A DNA stretch of 64,000 nucleotides. Source: Azolla caroliniana (taxonomy: Eukaryota; Plantae; Polypodiophyta). Where the stretch lies: assembly GCA_043228905.1 (NCBI GenBank), contig JBHGNT010000024.1:248001-312000 (forward strand), read 5' to 3'. The translations under genes were made by a program, and so were the position numbers. Shown here piece after piece: positions 40,620 through 53,500 of this stretch (its first letter is position 1; every line of letters begins with the position of its first letter). The notes under the pieces were generated by a model. The model searched no databases, was not told the origin of the DNA, and saw nothing but the letters and a program-made list of their open reading frames with translations.

Positions 40620-43600
40620 TGATATCGGATTTTTGTGTTCAAACATGCAAATGGAAGCTAACAACGCTAGCTATGATATGGAATTAAAAATCAAGATTTT
40701 AAAACTCAGGTCGAGAGACATGACGAAAATAGCAAACTTGAGGAGGGCGTTGAGAGGAGCCCTTGAGTAAATTAAAATGTTCATACCTGGCTCGTGTGAT
40801 ATCGGATTTTTGTGTTCAAACATGTAAATCGAAGCTGGCGACGCTACCTATGATATGGAATTAAAAAATCAAGATTTTGAAACTCAAGTCGAGAGACATA
40901 ACGAAAATAGCAAACTTGAGGAGGGAGTTGAGAGGAGCCCTTGAGTAAATTAAAATGTTCATACCTGGCTCTTGTGATATCGGATTTTTGTGATCAAACA
41001 TGCGAATCGAAGCTAACAACGCTAGCTATGATATGGAATTTAAAAATCAAGATTTTAAAAGTCAAGTCCAGAGACATGACCACAATAGCAAACCTGAGGA
41101 GGGAGTTGAGAGGAGCCCTTCAGTAAATTAAAATGTTCATACCTGGCTCGTGTGATATCGGATTTTTGTGTTCAAACATGCAAATGGAAGCTAACAACGC
41201 TAGGTATGTTGTGGAATTAAAAAATCAAGATTTTGAAACTCAAGTCCAGAGACATGACGAAATTACCAATTTTGAGGAGTGAGTTGAGAAGAGCTAGTAG
41301 GTAAATTAAAATGCTCATTCCTGGCTCGTGTGATATCGGATTTTTGTGTTCAAACATGCGAATCGAAGCTAGCGACGCTACCTATGATATGGAATTAAAA
41401 AATCAAGATTTTGAAACTCAGGTCGAGAGACATGACGAAAATAGCAAACTTGAGGAAGGACTTGAGAAGAGCTAGTAGGTAAATTAAAATGTTCATACCT
41501 GGCTCGTGTGATATCGGATTTTTGTGTTCAAACATGCAAATCGAAGCTAACAACGCTAGCTATGATATGGAATTAAAAAATCAAGAATTTGAAATTCAGG
41601 TCGAGAGATGTGACGAAATTACCAAATTTGAGGAGTGATTTGAGAGGAGCCCTTGAGTAAATTAAAATGTTCATACCTGGCTCGTGTGATATCGGATTTT
41701 TGTGTTCAAACATGCAAATGGAAGCTAACAACGCTAGCTATGATATGGAATTAAAAATCAAGATTTTAAAACTCAGGTCGAGAGACATGACGAAAATAGC
41801 AAACTTGAGGAGGGCGTTGAGAGGAGCCCTTGAGTAAATTAAAATGTTCATACCTGGCTCGTGTGATATCCGATTTTTGTGTTCAAACATGCGAATCGAA
41901 GCTGGCGACGCTACCTATGATATGGAATTAAAAAATCAAGATTTTGAAACTCAGGTCGAGAGACATGACGAAAATAGCAAACTTGAGGAAGGAGTTGAGA
42001 AGAGCCCTTGAGTAAATTAAAATGTTCATACCTGGCTCGTGTGATATCGAATTTTTGTGTTCAAACATGCGAATCGAAGCTAACAACGCTACCTATGATA
42101 TGGAATTAAAAAATCAAGATTTTAAAACTCAGGTCGAGAGACATGACGAAAATAGCAAACTTGAGGAGGGAGTTGATAGGAGCCCTTGAGTAAATTAAAA
42201 TGTTCATACCTGGCTCGTGTGATATCGGCTTTTTGTGTTCAAACATGCAAATCGAAACTAACAACGCTAACTATGAGATGGAATTAAAAAATCAAGATTT
42301 TGAAACTCAGGTCGAGAGACATGACGAAAATAGCAAACTTGAGGAAGGAGTTGAGAAGAGCTAGTAGGTAAATTAAAATGTTCATACCTGGCTCGTGTGA
42401 TATCGGATTTTTGTGTTCAAACATGCAAATGGAAGCTAACAACGCTCGCTATGATATGGAATTAAAAAATCAAGAATTTGAAACTCAGGTCGAGAGACAT
42501 GACGAAATTACCAAATTGGAGGAGTGAGTTGAGAAGAGGTAGTAGGTAAATTAAAATGTTCATACCTGGCTCGTGTGATATCGGATTTTTGTGTTCAAAC
42601 GCTAGGTATGATGTGGAATTAAAAAATCAAGATTTTGAAACTCAGGTCGAGAGACATGACGAAAATAGCAAACTTGAGGAGGGAGTTGAGAGGAGCCCTT
42701 GAGTAAATTAAAATGTTCATACCTGGCTCTTGTGATATTGGATTTTTGTGTTCAAACATGCAAATCGAACCTAGCAACGCTAGCTATGATATGGAATTAA
42801 AAATCCAAGATTTTGAAACTCAGGTCGAGAGACATGACGAAAATAGCAAACTTGAGGAGGGAGTTGAGAGGAGCACTTGAGTAAATTAAAATGTTCATAC
42901 CTGGCTCGTGTGATATCGGATTTTTGTGTTCAAACATGCGAATCGAAGCTGGCGACGCTACCTATGATATGGAATTAAAAAATCAAGATTTTGAAACTCA
43001 GGTCGAGAGACATGACGAAATTACCAAATTTGAGGAGTGATTTGAGAGGAGCCCTTGAGTAAATTAAAATGTTCATACCTGGCTCGTGTGATATCAGATT
43101 TTTGTGTTCAAACATGCGAATCGAAGCTAGCGACGCTACCTATGATATGGAATTAAAAAATCAAGATTTTGAAACTCAGGTCGAGAGACATGACGAAAAT
43201 AGCAAACTTGAGGAAGGACTTGAGAAGAGCTAGTAGGTAAATTAAAATGTTCATACCTGGCTCGTGTGATATCGGATTTTTGTGTTCAAACATGCAAATC
43301 GAAGCTAACAACGCTAGCTATGATATGGAATTAAAAAATCAAGAATTTGAAACTTAGGTCGAGAGATGTGACGAAATTACCAAATTTGAGGAGTGATTTG
43401 AGAGGAGCCCTTGAGTAAATTAAAATGTTCATACCTGGCTCGTGTGATATCGGATTTTTGTGTTCAAACATGCAAATGGAAGCTAACAACGCTAGCTATG
43501 ATATGGAATTAAAAATCAAGATTTTAAAACTCAGGTCGAGAGACATGACGAAAATAGCAAACTTGAGGAGGGCGTTGAGAGGAGCCCTTGAGTAAATTAA

Positions 43601-44520
43601 AATGTTCATACCTGGCTCGTGTGATATCGGCTTTTTGTGTTCAAACATGCAAATCGAAACTAACAACGCTAACTATGAGATGGAATTAAAAAATCAAGAT
43701 TTTGAAACTCAGGTCGAGAGACATGACGAAAATAGCAAACTTGAGGAAGGAGTTGAGAAGAGCCCTTGAGTAAATTAAAATGTTCATACCTGGCTCGTGT
43801 GATATCGAATTTTTGTGTTCAAACATGCGAATCGAAGCTAACAACGCTACCTATGATATGGAATTAAAAAATCAAGATTTTAAAACTCAGGTCGAGAGAC
43901 ATGACGAAAATAGCAAACTTGAGGAGGGAGTTGATAGGAGCCCTTGAGTAAATTAAAATGTTCATACCTGGCTCGTGTGATATCGGCTTTTTGTGTTCAA
44001 ACATGCAAATCAAAACTAACAACGCTAACTATGAGATGGAATTAAAAAATCAAGATTTTGAAACTCAGGTCGAGAGACATGACGAAAATAGCAAACTTGA
44101 GGAAGGAGTTGAGAAGAGCTAGTAGGTAAATTAAAATGTTCATACCTGGCTCGTGTGATATCGGTTTTTGTGTTCAAACATGCCAATCGAAGCTAACAAC
44201 GCTCGCTATGATATGGAATTAAAAAATCAAGAATTTGAAACTCAGGTCGAGAGACATGACGAAATTACCAAATTGGAGGGGTGAGTTGAGAAGAGGTAGT
44301 AGGTAAATTAAAAGGTTCATACCTGGCTCGTGTGATATCGGATTTTTGTGTCCAAACATGCAAATGGAAGCTAACAACGCTAGGTATGATGTGGAATTAA
44401 AAAATCAAGATTTTGAAACTCAGGTCGAGAGACATGACGAAAATAGCAAACTTGAGGAGGGAGTTGAGAGGAGCCCTTGAGTAAATTAAAATGTTCATAC
44501 CTGGCTCGTGTGATATCGGA
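40620..44520 (+). repeat. Block duplication of about 3.9 kb (about 22 monomers); copy of about 18215-22140, offset 22404, then 22383 after a 21-bp deletion
   Basis: 18537/40941 and 18907/41311 differ by 22404. 20491/42874 differ by 22383, matching the 21-bp deletion at 42600/42601. Confidence 0.88.
42538..42695 (+). repeat. Truncated 157-bp monomer (21-bp internal deletion)
   Basis: Reads GTGTTCAAAC|GCTAGGTATG at 42591-42610. Its counterpart at about 20190-20230 has ATGCAAATGGAAGCTAACAAC (21 nt) between the two parts. Confidence 0.95.
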
Positions 44521-47500
44521 TTTTTGTGTTCAAACATGCAAATGAAAGCTAACAACGCTAGCTATGATGTGGAATTAATAAATCAAGCTTTTGAAACTCA
44601 AGTCCAGAGACATGACGAAATTACCAATTTTGAGGAGTGAGTTGAGAAGAGCTAGTAGGTAAATTAAAATGCTCATACCTGGCTCGTGTCATATCGGATT
44701 TATCTGTTCAAATATGCGAATCGAAGCCAACAACGCTAGCTATGAGATGGAATTAAAAAATCAAGATTTTGAAACTCAGGTAAAGAGACATGACGAAAAT
44801 AGCAAACTTGAGGAAGGAGTTGAGAAGAGCTAGTAGGTAAATTAAAATGTTCATACCTGGCTCGTGTGATATCGGATTTTTGTGTTCAAACATGCAAATC
44901 GAAGCTGGCGACGCTACCTATGATATGGAATTAAAAAATCAAGATTTTGAAACTCAAGTCGAGAGACATAACGAAAATAGCAAACTTGAGGAGGGAGTTG
45001 AGAGGAGCCCTTGAGTAAATTAAAATGTTCATACCTGGCTCTTGTGATATCGGATTTTTGTGATCAAACATGCGAATCGAAGCTAACAACGCTAGCTATG
45101 ATATGGAATTTAAAAATCAAGATTTTAAAAGTCAAGTCCAGAGACATGACCACAATAGCAAACCTGAGGAGGGAGTTGAGAGGAGCCCTTCAGTAAATTA
45201 AAATGTTCATACCTGGCTCGTGTGATATCGGATTTTTGTGTTCAAACATGCAAATGGAAGCTAACAACGCTAGCTATGTTGTGGAATTAAAAAATCAAGA
45301 TTTTGAAACTCAAGTCCAGAGACATGACGAAATTACCAATTTTGAGGAGTGAGTTGAGAAGAGCTAGTAGGTAAATTAAAATGCTCATTCCTGGCTCGTG
45401 TGATATCGGATTTTTGTGTTCAAACATGCGAATCGAAGCTAGCGACGCTACCTATGATATGGAATTTAAAAATCAAGATTTTAAAAGTCAAGTCCAGAGA
45501 CATGACCACAATAGCAAACTTGAGGAGGGGGTTGAGAGGAGCCCTTGAGTAAATTAAAATGTGCATACCTGGCTCGTGTGATATCGGATTTTTGTGTTCA
45601 AACATGGAAATGGAAGCTAACAACGCTAGCTATGATGTGGAATTAAAAAATCAAGAATTTGAAACTCAGGTCGAGAGATGTGACGAAATTACCAAATTTG
45701 AGGAGTGATTTGAGAGGAGCCCTTGAGTAAATTAAAATGTTCATACCTGGCTCGTGTGATATCGAATTTTTGTGTTCAAACATGCGAATCGAAGCTAACA
45801 ACGCTACCTATGATATGGAATTAAAAAATCAAGATTTTAAAACTCAGGTCGAGAGACATGACGAAAATAGCAAACTTGAGGAGGGAGTTGATAGGAGCCC
45901 TTGAGTAAATTAAAATGTTCATACCTGGCTCGTGTGATATCGGCTTTTTGTGTTCAAACATGCAAATCAAAACTAACAACGCTAACTATGAGATGGAATT
46001 AAAAAATCAAGATTTTGAAACTCAGGTCGAGAGACATGACGAAAATAGCAAACTTGAGGAAGGAGTTGAGAAGAGCTAGTAGGTAAATTAAAATGTTCAT
46101 ACCTGGCTCGTGTGATATCGGTTTTTGTGTTCAAACATGCCAATCGAAGCTAACAACGCTCGCTATGATATGGAATTAAAAAATCAAGAATTTGAAACTC
46201 AGGTCGAGAGACATGACGAAATTACCAAATTGGAGGGGTGAGTTGAGAAGAGGTAGTAGGTAAATTAAAAGGTTCATACCTGGCTCGTGTGATATCGGAT
46301 TTTTGTGTCCAAACATGCAAATGGAAGCTAACAACGCTAGGTATGATGTGGAATTAAAAAATCAAGATTTTGAAACTCAGGTCGAGAGACATGACGAAAA
46401 TAGCAAACTTGAGGAGGGAGTTGAGAGGAGCCCTTCAGTAAATTAAAATGTTCATACCTGGCTCGTGTGATATCGGATTTTTGTGTTCAAACATGCAAAT
46501 GGAAGCTAACAACGCTAGCTATGTTGTGGAATTAAAAAATCAAGATTTTGAAACTCAAGTCCAGAGACATGACGAAATTACCAATTTTGAGGAGTGAGTT
46601 GAGAAGAGCTAGTAGGTAAATTAAAATGCTCATTCCTGGCTCGTGTGATATCGGATTTTTGTGTTCAAACATGCGAATCGAAGCTAGCGACGCTACCTAT
46701 GATATGGAATTTAAAAATCAAGATTTTAAAAGTCAAGTCCAGAGACATGACCACAATAGCAAACTTGAGGAGGGGGTTGAGAGGAGCCCTTGAGTAAATT
46801 AAAATGTTCATACCTGGCTCGTGTGATATCGGATTTTTGTGTTCAAACATGGAAATGGAAGCTAACAACGCTAGCTATGATGTGGAATTAAAAAATCAAG
46901 AATTTGAAACTCAGGTCGAGAGATGTGACGAAATTACCAAATTTGAGGAGTGATTTGAGAGGAGCCCTTGAGTAAATTAAAATGTTCATACCTGGCTCGT
47001 GTGATATCGGATTTTTGTGTTCAAACATGCAAATGGAAGCTAACAACGCTAGCTATGATATGGAATTAAAAATCAAGATTTTAAAACTCAGGTCGAGAGA
47101 CATGACGAAAATAGCAAACTTGAGGAGGGAGTTGAGAGGAGCCCTTGAGTTAATTAAAATGTTCATACCTGGCTCGTGTGGTATCGGATTTTTGTGTTCA
47201 AACATGCAAATCGAAGCTAACAATGCTAGCTATGATATGGAATTAAAAAATCAAGATTTTGAAACTCAGGTCGAGAGACATGACGAAAATAGCAAACTTG
47301 AGGACGGAGTTGAGAGGAGCCCTTGAGTAAATTAAAATGTTCATACCTGGCTCGTGTGATATCGGATTTTTGTGTTCAAACATGCAAATCGAAGCTGGCG
47401 ACGCTACCTATGATATGGAATTAAAAAATCAAGACTTTGAAACTCAGGTCGAGAGACATAACGAAAATAGCAAACTTGAGGAGGGAGTTGAGAGGAGCCC

Positions 47501-50500
47501 TTGAGTAAATTAAAATGTTCATACCTGGCTCTTGTGATATCGGATTTTTGTGTTCAAACATGCGAATCGAAGCCAACAACGCTAGCTATGAGATGGAATT
47601 AAAAAATCAAGATTTTGAAACTCAGGTAAAGAGACATGACGAAAATAGCAAACTTGAGGAAGGAGTTGAGAAGAGCTAGTAGGTAAATTAAAATGTTCAT
47701 ACCTGGCTCGTGTGATATCGGATTTTTGTGTTCAAACATGCAAATCGAAGCTGGCGACGCTACCTATGATATGGAATTAAAAAATCAAGATTTTGAAACT
47801 CAAGTCGAGAGACATAACGAAAATAGCAAACTTGAGGAGGGAGTTGAGAGGAGCCCTTGAGTAAATTAAAATGTTCATACCTGGCTCTTGTGATATCGGA
47901 TTTTTGTGATCAAACATGCGAATCGAAGCTAACAACGCTAGCTATGATATGGAATTTAAAAATCAAGATTTTAAAAGTCAAGTCCAGAGACATGACCACA
48001 ATAGCAAACCTGAGGAGGGAGTTGAGAGGAGCCCTTCAGTAAATTAAAATGTTCATACCTGGCTCGTGTGATATCGGATTTTTGTGTTCAAACATGCAAA
48101 TGGAAGCTAACAACGCTAGCTATGTTGTGGAATTAAAAAATCAAGATTTTGAAACTCAAGTCCAGAGACATGACGAAATTACCAATTTTGAGGAGTGAGT
48201 TGAGAAGAGCTAGTAGGTAAATTAAAATGCTCATTCCTGGCTCGTGTGATATCGGATTTTTGTGTTCAAACATGCGAATCGAAGCTAACAACGCTAGCTA
48301 TGATATGGAATTTAAAAATCAGGATTTTAAAAGTCAAGTCCAGAGACATGACCACAATAGCAAACTTGAGGAGGGGGTTGAGAGGAGCCCTTGAGTAAAT
48401 TAAAATGTTCATACCTGGCTCGTGTGATATTGGATTTTTGTGTTCAAACATGGAAATGGAAGCTAACAACGCTAGCTATGATGTAGAATTAAAAAATCAA
48501 GATTTTGAAACTCAAGTCCAGAGACATGACGAAATTACCAATTTTGAGGAGTGAGTTGAGAAGAGCTAGTAGGTAAATTAAAATGCTCATACCTGGCTCG
48601 TGTGATATCGGATTTATCTGTTCAAATATGCGAATCGAAGCTAACAACGCTAGCTATGAGATGGAATTGAAAAATCAAGATTTTGAAACTCAGGTCGAGA
48701 GACATGACGGAAATAGCAAACTTGAGGAAGGAGTTGAGAAGAGCTAGTAGGTAAATTAAAATGTTCATACCTGGCTCGTGTGATATCGGATTTTTGTGTT
48801 CAAACATGCAAATCGAAGCTAACAACGCTAGCTATGATATGGAATTAAAAAATCAAGAATTTGAAACTCAGGTCGAGAGATGTGACGAAATTACCAAATT
48901 TGAGGAGTGATTTGAGAGGAGCCCTTGAGTAAATTAAAATGTTCATATCGGGCTCGTGTGATATCGGATTTTCGTGTTCAAACATGCAAATCGAAGCTAA
49001 CAACGCTACCTATGATATGGAATTAAAAAATCAAGATTTTAAAACTCAGGTCGAGAGACATGACGAAAATAGCAAACTTGAGGAGGGAGTTGAGAGGAGC
49101 CCTTGAGTAAATTAAAATGTTCATACCTGGCTCGTGTGATATCGGATTTTTGTGTTCAAACATGCAAATGGAAGCTAACAACGCTAGCTATAATGTGGAA
49201 TTAAAAAATCAAGCTTTTGAAACTCAAGTCCAGAGACATGACGAAATTACCAATTTTGAGGAGTGAGTTGAGAAGAGCTAGTAGGTAAATTAAAATGCTC
49301 ATACCTGGCTCGTGTCATATCGGATTTATCTGTTCAAATATGCGAATCGAAGCTAACAACGCTAGCTATGAGATGGAATTAAAAAATCAAGATTTTGAAA
49401 CTCAGGTCGAGAGACATGACGAAAATAGCAAACTTGAGGAGGGAGTTGAGAGGAGCCCTTGAGTAAATTAAAATGTTCATATCGGGCTCGTGTGATATCG
49501 GATTTTTGTGTTCAAACATGCAAATCGAAGCTAACAACGCTACCTATGATATGGAATTAAAAAATCAAGATTTTAAAACTCAGGTCGATAGACATGACGA
49601 AAATAGCAAACTTGAGGAGGGAGTTGATACGAGCCCTTGAGTAAATTAAAATGTTCATACCTGGCTCGTGTGATATCGGCTTTTTGTGTTCAAACATGCA
49701 AATCGAAGCTAACAACGCTAACTATGAGATGGAATTAAAAAATCAAGATTTTGAAACTCAGGTCGAGAGACATGACGAAAATAGCAAACTTGAGGAAGGA
49801 GTTGAGAAGAGCTAGTAGGTAAATTAAAATGTTCATACCTGGCTCGTGTGATATCGGATTTTTGTGTTCAAACATGCAAATGGAAGCTAACAACGCTAGG
49901 TATGATGTGGAATTAAAAAATCAAGATTTTGAAACTCAGGTCGAGAGACATGACGAAAATAGCAAACTTGAGGAGGGAGTTGAGAAGAGCCCTTGAGTAA
50001 ATTAAAATGTTCATACCTGGCTCGTGTGATATCGAATTTTTGTGTTCAAACATGCGAATCGAAGCTAACAACGCTACCTATGATATGGAATTAAAAAATC
50101 AAGATTTTAAAACTCAGGTCGAGAGACATGACGAAAATAGCAAACTTGAGGAGGGAGTTGATAGGAGCCCTTGAGTAAATTAAAATGTTCATACCTGGCT
50201 CGTGTGATATCGGCTTTTTGTATTCAAACATGCAAATCGAAACTAACAACGCTAACTATGAGATGGAATTAAAAAATCAAGATTTTGAAACTCAGGTCGA
50301 GAGACATGACGAAAATAGCAAACTTGAGGAAGGAGTTGAGAAGAGCTAGTAGGTAAATTAAAATGTTCATACCTGGCTCGTGTGATATCGGTTTTTGTGT
50401 TCAAACATGCCAATCGAAGCTAACAACGCTCGCTATGATATGGAATTAAAAAATCAAGAATTTGAAACTCAGGTCGAGAGACATGACGAAATTACCAAAT

Positions 50501-53500
50501 TGGAGGAGTGAGTTGAGAAGAGGTAGTAGGTAAATTAAAAGGTTCATACCTGGCTCGTGTGATATCGGATTTTTGTGTCCAAACATGCAAATGGAAGCTA
50601 ACAACGCTAGGTATGATGTGGAATTAAAAAATCACGATTTTGAAACTCAGGTCGAGAGACATGACGAAAATAGCAAACTTGAGGAGGGAGTTGAGAGGAG
50701 CCCTTGAGTAAATTAAAATGTTCATACCTGGCTCGTGTGATATCGGATTTTTGTGTTCAAACATGTAAATCGAAGCTGGCGACGCTACCTATGATATGGA
50801 ATTAAAAAATCAAGATTTTGAAACTCAGGTCGAGAGACATAACGAAATTAGCAAACTTGAGGAGGGAGTTGAGAGGAGCCCATGAGTAAATTAAAATGTT
50901 CATACCTTGCTCTTGTGATATCGGATTTTTGTGTTCAAACATGCAAATCGAAGCTAACAACGCTACCTATGATATGAAATTAAAAAATCAAGATTTTAAA
51001 ACGCACGTCCAGAGACATGACGAAATTACCAAATTTGAGGAGTGAGCTGAGAAGAGCCCTTGAGTAAATTAAAATGTTCATACCTGGCTCGTGTGATATG
51101 GTATTTTTGTGTTCAAACATGCGAATCGAAGATAACAACGCTAGCTATGAGATGGAATTAAAAAATCAAGATTTTAAAACTCAGGTCGAGAGACATGACG
51201 AAAATAGCAAACTTGATGAGGGAGTTGAGAGGAGCCCTTGAGTAAATTAAAATGTTCATACCTAGCTCGTGTGATATCGGATTTCTGTGTTCAAACATGC
51301 AAATGGAAGCTAACAACGCTAGCTATGTTGTGGAATTAAAAAATCAAGATTTTGAAACTCAAGTCCAGAGACATGACGAAATTACCAATTTTGAGGAGTG
51401 AGTTGAGAAGAGCTAGTAGGTAAATTAAAATGTTCATACCTGGCTCGTGTCATATCGGATTTTTGTGTTCAAACATGCAAATCGAAGCTAACAACGCTAG
51501 CTATGATATGGAATTAAAAATCCAAGAATTTGAAACTCAGGTCGAGAGATGTGACGAAATTACCAAATTTGAGGAGTGATTTGAGAGGAGCCCTTGAGTA
51601 AATTAAAATGTTCATATCGGGCTCGTGTGATATCGGATTTTTGTGATCAAACATGCGAATCGAAGCTAACAAAGCTAGCTATGATATGGAATTTAAAAAT
51701 CAAGATTTTAAAAGTCAAGTCCAGAGACATGACCACAATAGCAAACTTGAGGAGGGAGTTGAGAGGAGCCCTTCAGTGAATTAAAATGTTCATACCTGGC
51801 TCGTGTGATATCGGATTTTTGTGTTCAAACATGCAAATGGAAGCTAACAACGCTAGCTATGTTGTGGAATTAAAAAATCAAGATTTTGAAACTCAAGTCC
51901 AGAGACATGACGAAATTACCAATTTTGAGGAGTGAGTTGAGAAGAGCTAGTAGGTAAATTAAAATGCTCATTCCTGGCTCGTGTGATATCGGATTTTTGT
52001 GTTCAAACATGCGAATCGAAGCTAGCGACGCTACCTATGATATGGAATTAAAAAATTAAGATTTTGAAACTCAGGTCGAGAGACATGACGAAATTACCAA
52101 ATTGGAGGACTGAGTTGAGAAGAGCTAGTAGGTAAATTAAAATGTTCATACCTGGCTCGTGTCATATCGGATTTTTGTGTTCAAACATGCGAATCGAAGC
52201 TAGCAACGCTAGCTATGATATGGAATTAAAAAATCAAGATTTTGAAACTCAGGTCGAGAGACATGACGAAAATAGCAAACTTGAGGAGGGAGTTGAGAGG
52301 AGCCCTTGAGTAAATTAAAATGTTCATACCTGGCTCGTGTGATATCGGATTTTTGTGTTCAAACATGCAAATCGAAGCTGGCGACGCTACCTATGATATG
52401 GAATTAAAAAATCAAGATTTTGAAACTCAGGTCGAGAGACATAACGAAATTAGCAAACTTGAGGAGGGAGTTGAGAGGAGCCCATGAGTAAATTAAAATG
52501 TTCATACCTTGCTCTTGTGATATCGGATTTTTGTGTTCAAACATGCAAATCGAAGCTAACAACGCTACCTATGATATGAAATTAAAAAATCAAGATTTTA
52601 AAACGCACGTCCAGAGACATGACGAAATTACCAAATTTGAGGAGTGAGCTGAGAAGAGCCCTTGAGTAAATTAAAATGTTCATACCTGGCTCGTGTGATA
52701 TGGTATTTTTGTGTTCAAACATGCGAATCGAAGATAACAACGCTAGCTATGAGATGGAATTAAAAAATCAAGATTTTAAAACTCAGGTCGAGAGACATGA
52801 CGAAAATAGCAAACTTTATGAGGGAGTTGAGAGGAGCCCTTGAGTAAATTAAAATGTTCATACCTAGCTCGTGTGATATCGGATTTTTGTGTTCAAACAT
52901 GCAAATCGAAGCTAGCAACGCTAGCTATGATATGGAATTAAAAAATCAAGATTTTGAAACTCAGGTCGAGAGACATGACGAAAATAGCAAATTTGAGGAG
53001 TGAGTTGAGAGGAGCCCTTGAGTAAAGTAAAATGTTCATACCTGGCTCGTGTGATATCGGATTATTGTGTTCAAACATGCGAATCGAAGCTAGCGACGCT
53101 ACCTATGATATGGAATTAAAAAATCAAGATTTTGAAACTCAGGTCGAGAGACATGACGAAAATAGCAAACTTGAGGAAGGAGTTGAGAAGAGCTAGTAGG
53201 TAAATTAAAATGTTCATACCTGGCTCGTGTGATATCGGATTTTTGTGTTCAAACATGCAAATCGAAGCTAACAACGCTAGCTATGATATGGAATTAAAAA
53301 ATCAAGAATTTGAAACTCAGGTCGAGAGATGTGACGAAATTCCCAAATTTGAGGAGTGATTTGAGAGGAGCCCTTGAGTAAATTAAAATGTTCATACCTG
53401 GCTCGTGTGATATCGGATTTTTGTGTTCAAACATGCAAATGGAAGCTAACAACGCTAGCTATGATATGGAATTAAAAATCAAGATTTTAAAACTCAGGTC

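Larger units (their letters stand above)
18200..44520 (+). repeat. HOR domain C: mosaic of variable-length HOR units (5, 9, 10, 13 and 17 monomers) with nested multi-kb duplications
   Basis: Private marker GGAGCACTTG (CAC position) at 20491, 23514, 25292, 28315, 29916, 32939, 35251, 37029, 37918 and 42874. Spacings are 3023, 1778, 3023, 1601, 3023, 2312, 1778, 889 and 4956, each a multiple of 178 minus small deletions. Other domain markers: GAACCTAGC, GATATCAGAT, GGACTTGAG, AAACTTAGG. Confidence 0.9.

Noticed and set aside
46982-47326. Longest ORF (114 aa) with an internal 59-aa repeat
   Set aside because: Explained by a 177-bp monomer (1-bp A deletion, 177 = 59x3) next to the GAGTAA-to-GAGTTA variant. 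A chance read-through, not a repeat protein.
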